Source: a virus (Duplodnaviria; Caudoviricetes). Taken from it: 37,685 bases of DNA. The notes beneath the pieces are model-generated. The model did not search any database and was not told where the DNA came from. It saw nothing but the letters and a program-made list of their open reading frames with translations. The DNA lies in IMG/VR virus record IMGVR_UViG_3300044806_000197, positions 1-37,685 of that record; one strand, 5' to 3'. Each line of letters opens with the position of its first letter. Within the stretch, counting starts at the first letter, position 1. The position numbers and the translations under genes are program-made. Positions 35,780 to 37,685 of the stretch are shown piece by piece.

Positions 35780-35807
35780 TTGCAAACCCAAGCGATTCGG
35801 TTATGTT
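35780..35807 (+). promoter_or_regulatory. Candidate promoter containing an imperfect palindrome
   Basis: TTGCAA-N16-TATGTT after an AT-rich tract; AACCCAAGCGATTCGGTT overlaps the spacer; ATG 6 nt downstream. Confidence 0.45.
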
Positions 35808-35813
35808 TTAGAC

Positions 35814-36038
35814 ATGAAAACGAACCTATTCATGAGCTACCCGAACGAAACTCTCTACGTAACCGCTCGCGCCACTGCGTCATGCTCGGAGTTCAAAGCT
35901 GGTGAATTTGTCAGCGTGAAATTCTTCCACCGGGGAGACGGCGGCGAGGCGTGGTATCTCATTAACCGAACTGAGAATGGACCCACCACAAACGAGGTGG
36001 CGTATCCGAAAAGTCAACTAACAGAGTTTTGCTTGTGA
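35814..36038 (+). CDS. Hypothetical protein
   Basis: 74 aa, SH3-like composition. Confidence 0.65.
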   Translation: MKTNLFMSYPNETLYVTARATASCSEFKAGEFVSVKFFHRGDGGEAWYLINRTENGPTTNEVAYPKSQLTEFCL

Positions 36039-36250
36039 GCGATAAATTTACATATCGCGTAGAGTTTGAAAACGGAGGAAAGTTTTCAGACGGATTGCGA
36101 TGCGAGTGCGACCAGGCGCTGGCTTATGCAGCATACCAGAGAATGCGCGGATGCAGAAAAACAAAAGTGTGGCGTCAATACAAGTATCGTGACGAACTTG
36201 GAGCAACGGTAACAAATGAAACACTTATCGAAGAATGGCCTTTTAAATGA
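36035..36250 (+). CDS. Hypothetical protein
   Basis: GTGA-coupled ORF. Confidence 0.55.
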   Translation: MSDKFTYRVEFENGGKFSDGLRCECDQALAYAAYQRMRGCRKTKVWRQYKYRDELGATVTNETLIEEWPFK

Positions 36251-36444
36251 AATCTGAAAACGAAAGCGAATTGCTTAATCACCCCATAATTTTTGCGATG
36301 CTCGACGATATAAGCCAAGCAGCTCAACGGCTAGGACGGCTCGGAGGTATTTCTAAATCGCAATCTAAGGTTGCTGCGGCAAAGGCCAACGGCAAACTTG
36401 GAGGCCGTCCGAATAAGCAGAAGCGCGTTTTCGGACGAGGATAA
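36247..36444 (+). CDS. Small basic putative DNA-binding protein
   Basis: AAQRLGRLGG..KS..K.AAAKANGKLGGRP. Confidence 0.65.
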   Translation: MKSENESELLNHPIIFAMLDDISQAAQRLGRLGGISKSQSKVAAAKANGKLGGRPNKQKRVFGRG

Positions 36445-36448
36445 CGAT

Positions 36449-36640
36449 ATGGAATCACATGAACAAGACTATGACGATTTGGACGATTGCTGCCCGATGT
36501 GCGGAGATGATGGTGTCGTGATGCTGTCTGAGTGTGGACCGTCCGAGTGGGGCGAGGATTGTTTCTGTGAAGAAGACCGCATAGTGTCGTGTCCTGAATG
36601 CTTCAAACGCAAACAATATGCGGCTATTAAATCACCATGA
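36449..36640 (+). CDS. Acidic Cys-rich protein
   Basis: CPMCG...CPEC. Confidence 0.6.
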   Translation: MESHEQDYDDLDDCCPMCGDDGVVMLSECGPSEWGEDCFCEEDRIVSCPECFKRKQYAAIKSP

Positions 36641-36873
36641 GAAACACCTTTGGCCAGACCTGGCGCTTGCTTAAACACTTCCAGTCCAATCCGAATCAGG
36701 ACCTGCCAGCCTATGAACTGCACAAGGTTGGGGCGGGTCACGAATATGGCTGGTGCGCTTCAATCACACGGCGTATTTCTGATTTGAGGAAAATGGGGCT
36801 GAACGTGATTGTAAGTCGGGATGAGCGGGACAGTCAGGGACAGAGACAGACTTGGTATAGATACACGCCATGA
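36637..36873 (+). CDS. Winged-helix DNA-binding protein
   Basis: LLKHF..AYEL..TRRISDLRKMG.NV..YRY. Confidence 0.7.
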   Translation: MRNTFGQTWRLLKHFQSNPNQDLPAYELHKVGAGHEYGWCASITRRISDLRKMGLNVIVSRDERDSQGQRQTWYRYTP

Positions 36874-37052
36874 AAACTACAAAACAGGTTCGTTCGCTAG
36901 CTAAAGAGTTGTGGCTAGTTGGTTACACCGAAAAGTTGCGAGTCAATAAAAGTAAATTGTTGATTAACTTTGAGGATAACTTGAATCATGAAAACAAAAT
37001 GGCATGGCTTGCTATTGCAAAACACGTCATCAATATGAATCGTAACAAATAA
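36870..37052 (+). CDS. Hypothetical protein
   Basis: 60 aa, AT-rich, coupled. Confidence 0.55.
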   Translation: MKTTKQVRSLAKELWLVGYTEKLRVNKSKLLINFEDNLNHENKMAWLAIAKHVINMNRNK

Positions 37053-37267
37053 TGAACCCAACCCCAAAATCCCGCGAGGAACTGACCTTTGAGGTTGAGC
37101 AACTGGAACACGAAGCCGAGTCCATCACCCGGCTGTTGCGGGACCTGACCGATCATCTGGGACGGATTCTGGATGCGAAGGCGGTCCTGAGAAATGAACT
37201 GGATTCGAGTTATGAACCGAACGATAAGGCTCACAGATCGTCAGTTGGTGAGACGCAAACCAAATAA
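37052..37267 (+). CDS. Coiled-coil hypothetical protein
   Basis: 71 aa. Confidence 0.6.
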   Translation: MNPTPKSREELTFEVEQLEHEAESITRLLRDLTDHLGRILDAKAVLRNELDSSYEPNDKAHRSSVGETQTK

Positions 37268-37273
37268 TGACTT

Positions 37274-37675
37274 ATGAGTGAGACACAAACCAAGCCCAAA
37301 TCCAAACCCAAAACTTGGAACGCGGCCAAGGCCAAGCGAAAACTTGATAAGTTGTGGTCGCAGATCATACACAAGCGGGACAAGTCCTGCACCTTTTGTG
37401 GTCGTGACCACGGCAAGATGGATGCGAACCACATTATGTCACGCCGTCACAATGCGACAAGGTGGGATGTTCGGAATGGGAATCTGCTCTGTTTCAACTG
37501 TCACAGACGCTTCCATGACGATCCGCCGTGGGGTGCTATGCGGGCCGAGTTGTTAGTTGGTGAGGAACTATACCGCGAGTTTCAAGTGGTCTCAACTGGA
37601 ATCAAACCCTTTGACCGGGTAGTGTATGAAGTGACTTTGGTAGAACTGAATCGCATTAGTAAGGAACTGGTATGA
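37274..37675 (+). CDS. NinG/Rap-like HNH nuclease
   Basis: KLDKLWS..IHKRD..CTFCG..DANHIMSR..ATRWD..N...LCFNCH. Confidence 0.8.
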   Translation: MSETQTKPKSKPKTWNAAKAKRKLDKLWSQIIHKRDKSCTFCGRDHGKMDANHIMSRRHNATRWDVRNGNLLCFNCHRRFHDDPPWGAMRAELLVGEELYREFQVVSTGIKPFDRVVYEVTLVELNRISKELV

Positions 37676-37677
37676 AA

Positions 37678-37685
37678 ATCTGGCT
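37678..37685. repeat. Terminal overlap ATCTGGCT, identical to 1-8 (circular or terminally redundant assembly)
   Basis: Exact 8-nt match of the two ends; joining them gives an uninterrupted ORF. Confidence 0.85.

Overview
Apparently complete, circular ~37.7 kb tailed-phage genome (HK97-fold capsid, probably non-contractile tail). The last 8 nt repeat the first 8 nt, and an ORF runs across the join. Two arms diverge from ~28.9-29.1 kb. The leftward arm carries a replication initiator, an integron-type cassette array, tape-measure/tail-tip genes, terS, an antisense HNH, terL, a portal-MuF fusion, protease, capsid, neck and tail tube, tailspike/lectin genes, membrane genes, a metallophosphoesterase and a Lar-like gene. 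The rightward arm carries many small early genes (XRE HTH, SSB-like, nucleotidyltransferase, ASCH-like, NinG, HNH). I could not recognise an integrase, DNA polymerase, helicase or endolysin. Three features stand out. (1) Five genes in the virion module encode Sec-type signal peptides, and three of these proteins are strongly enriched in the dipeptide Thr-Asn, suggesting virion parts are exported and possibly modified by the host. (2) Three attC sites form a genuine-looking integron cassette array with no integrase and with genes in reverse orientation. (3) There is a 117-nt tRNA-like RNA with an expanded middle. The host is unknown; a PVC-group (Verrucomicrobia-like) diderm is only a guess. 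All calls are from reading motifs by eye, with no database searches.
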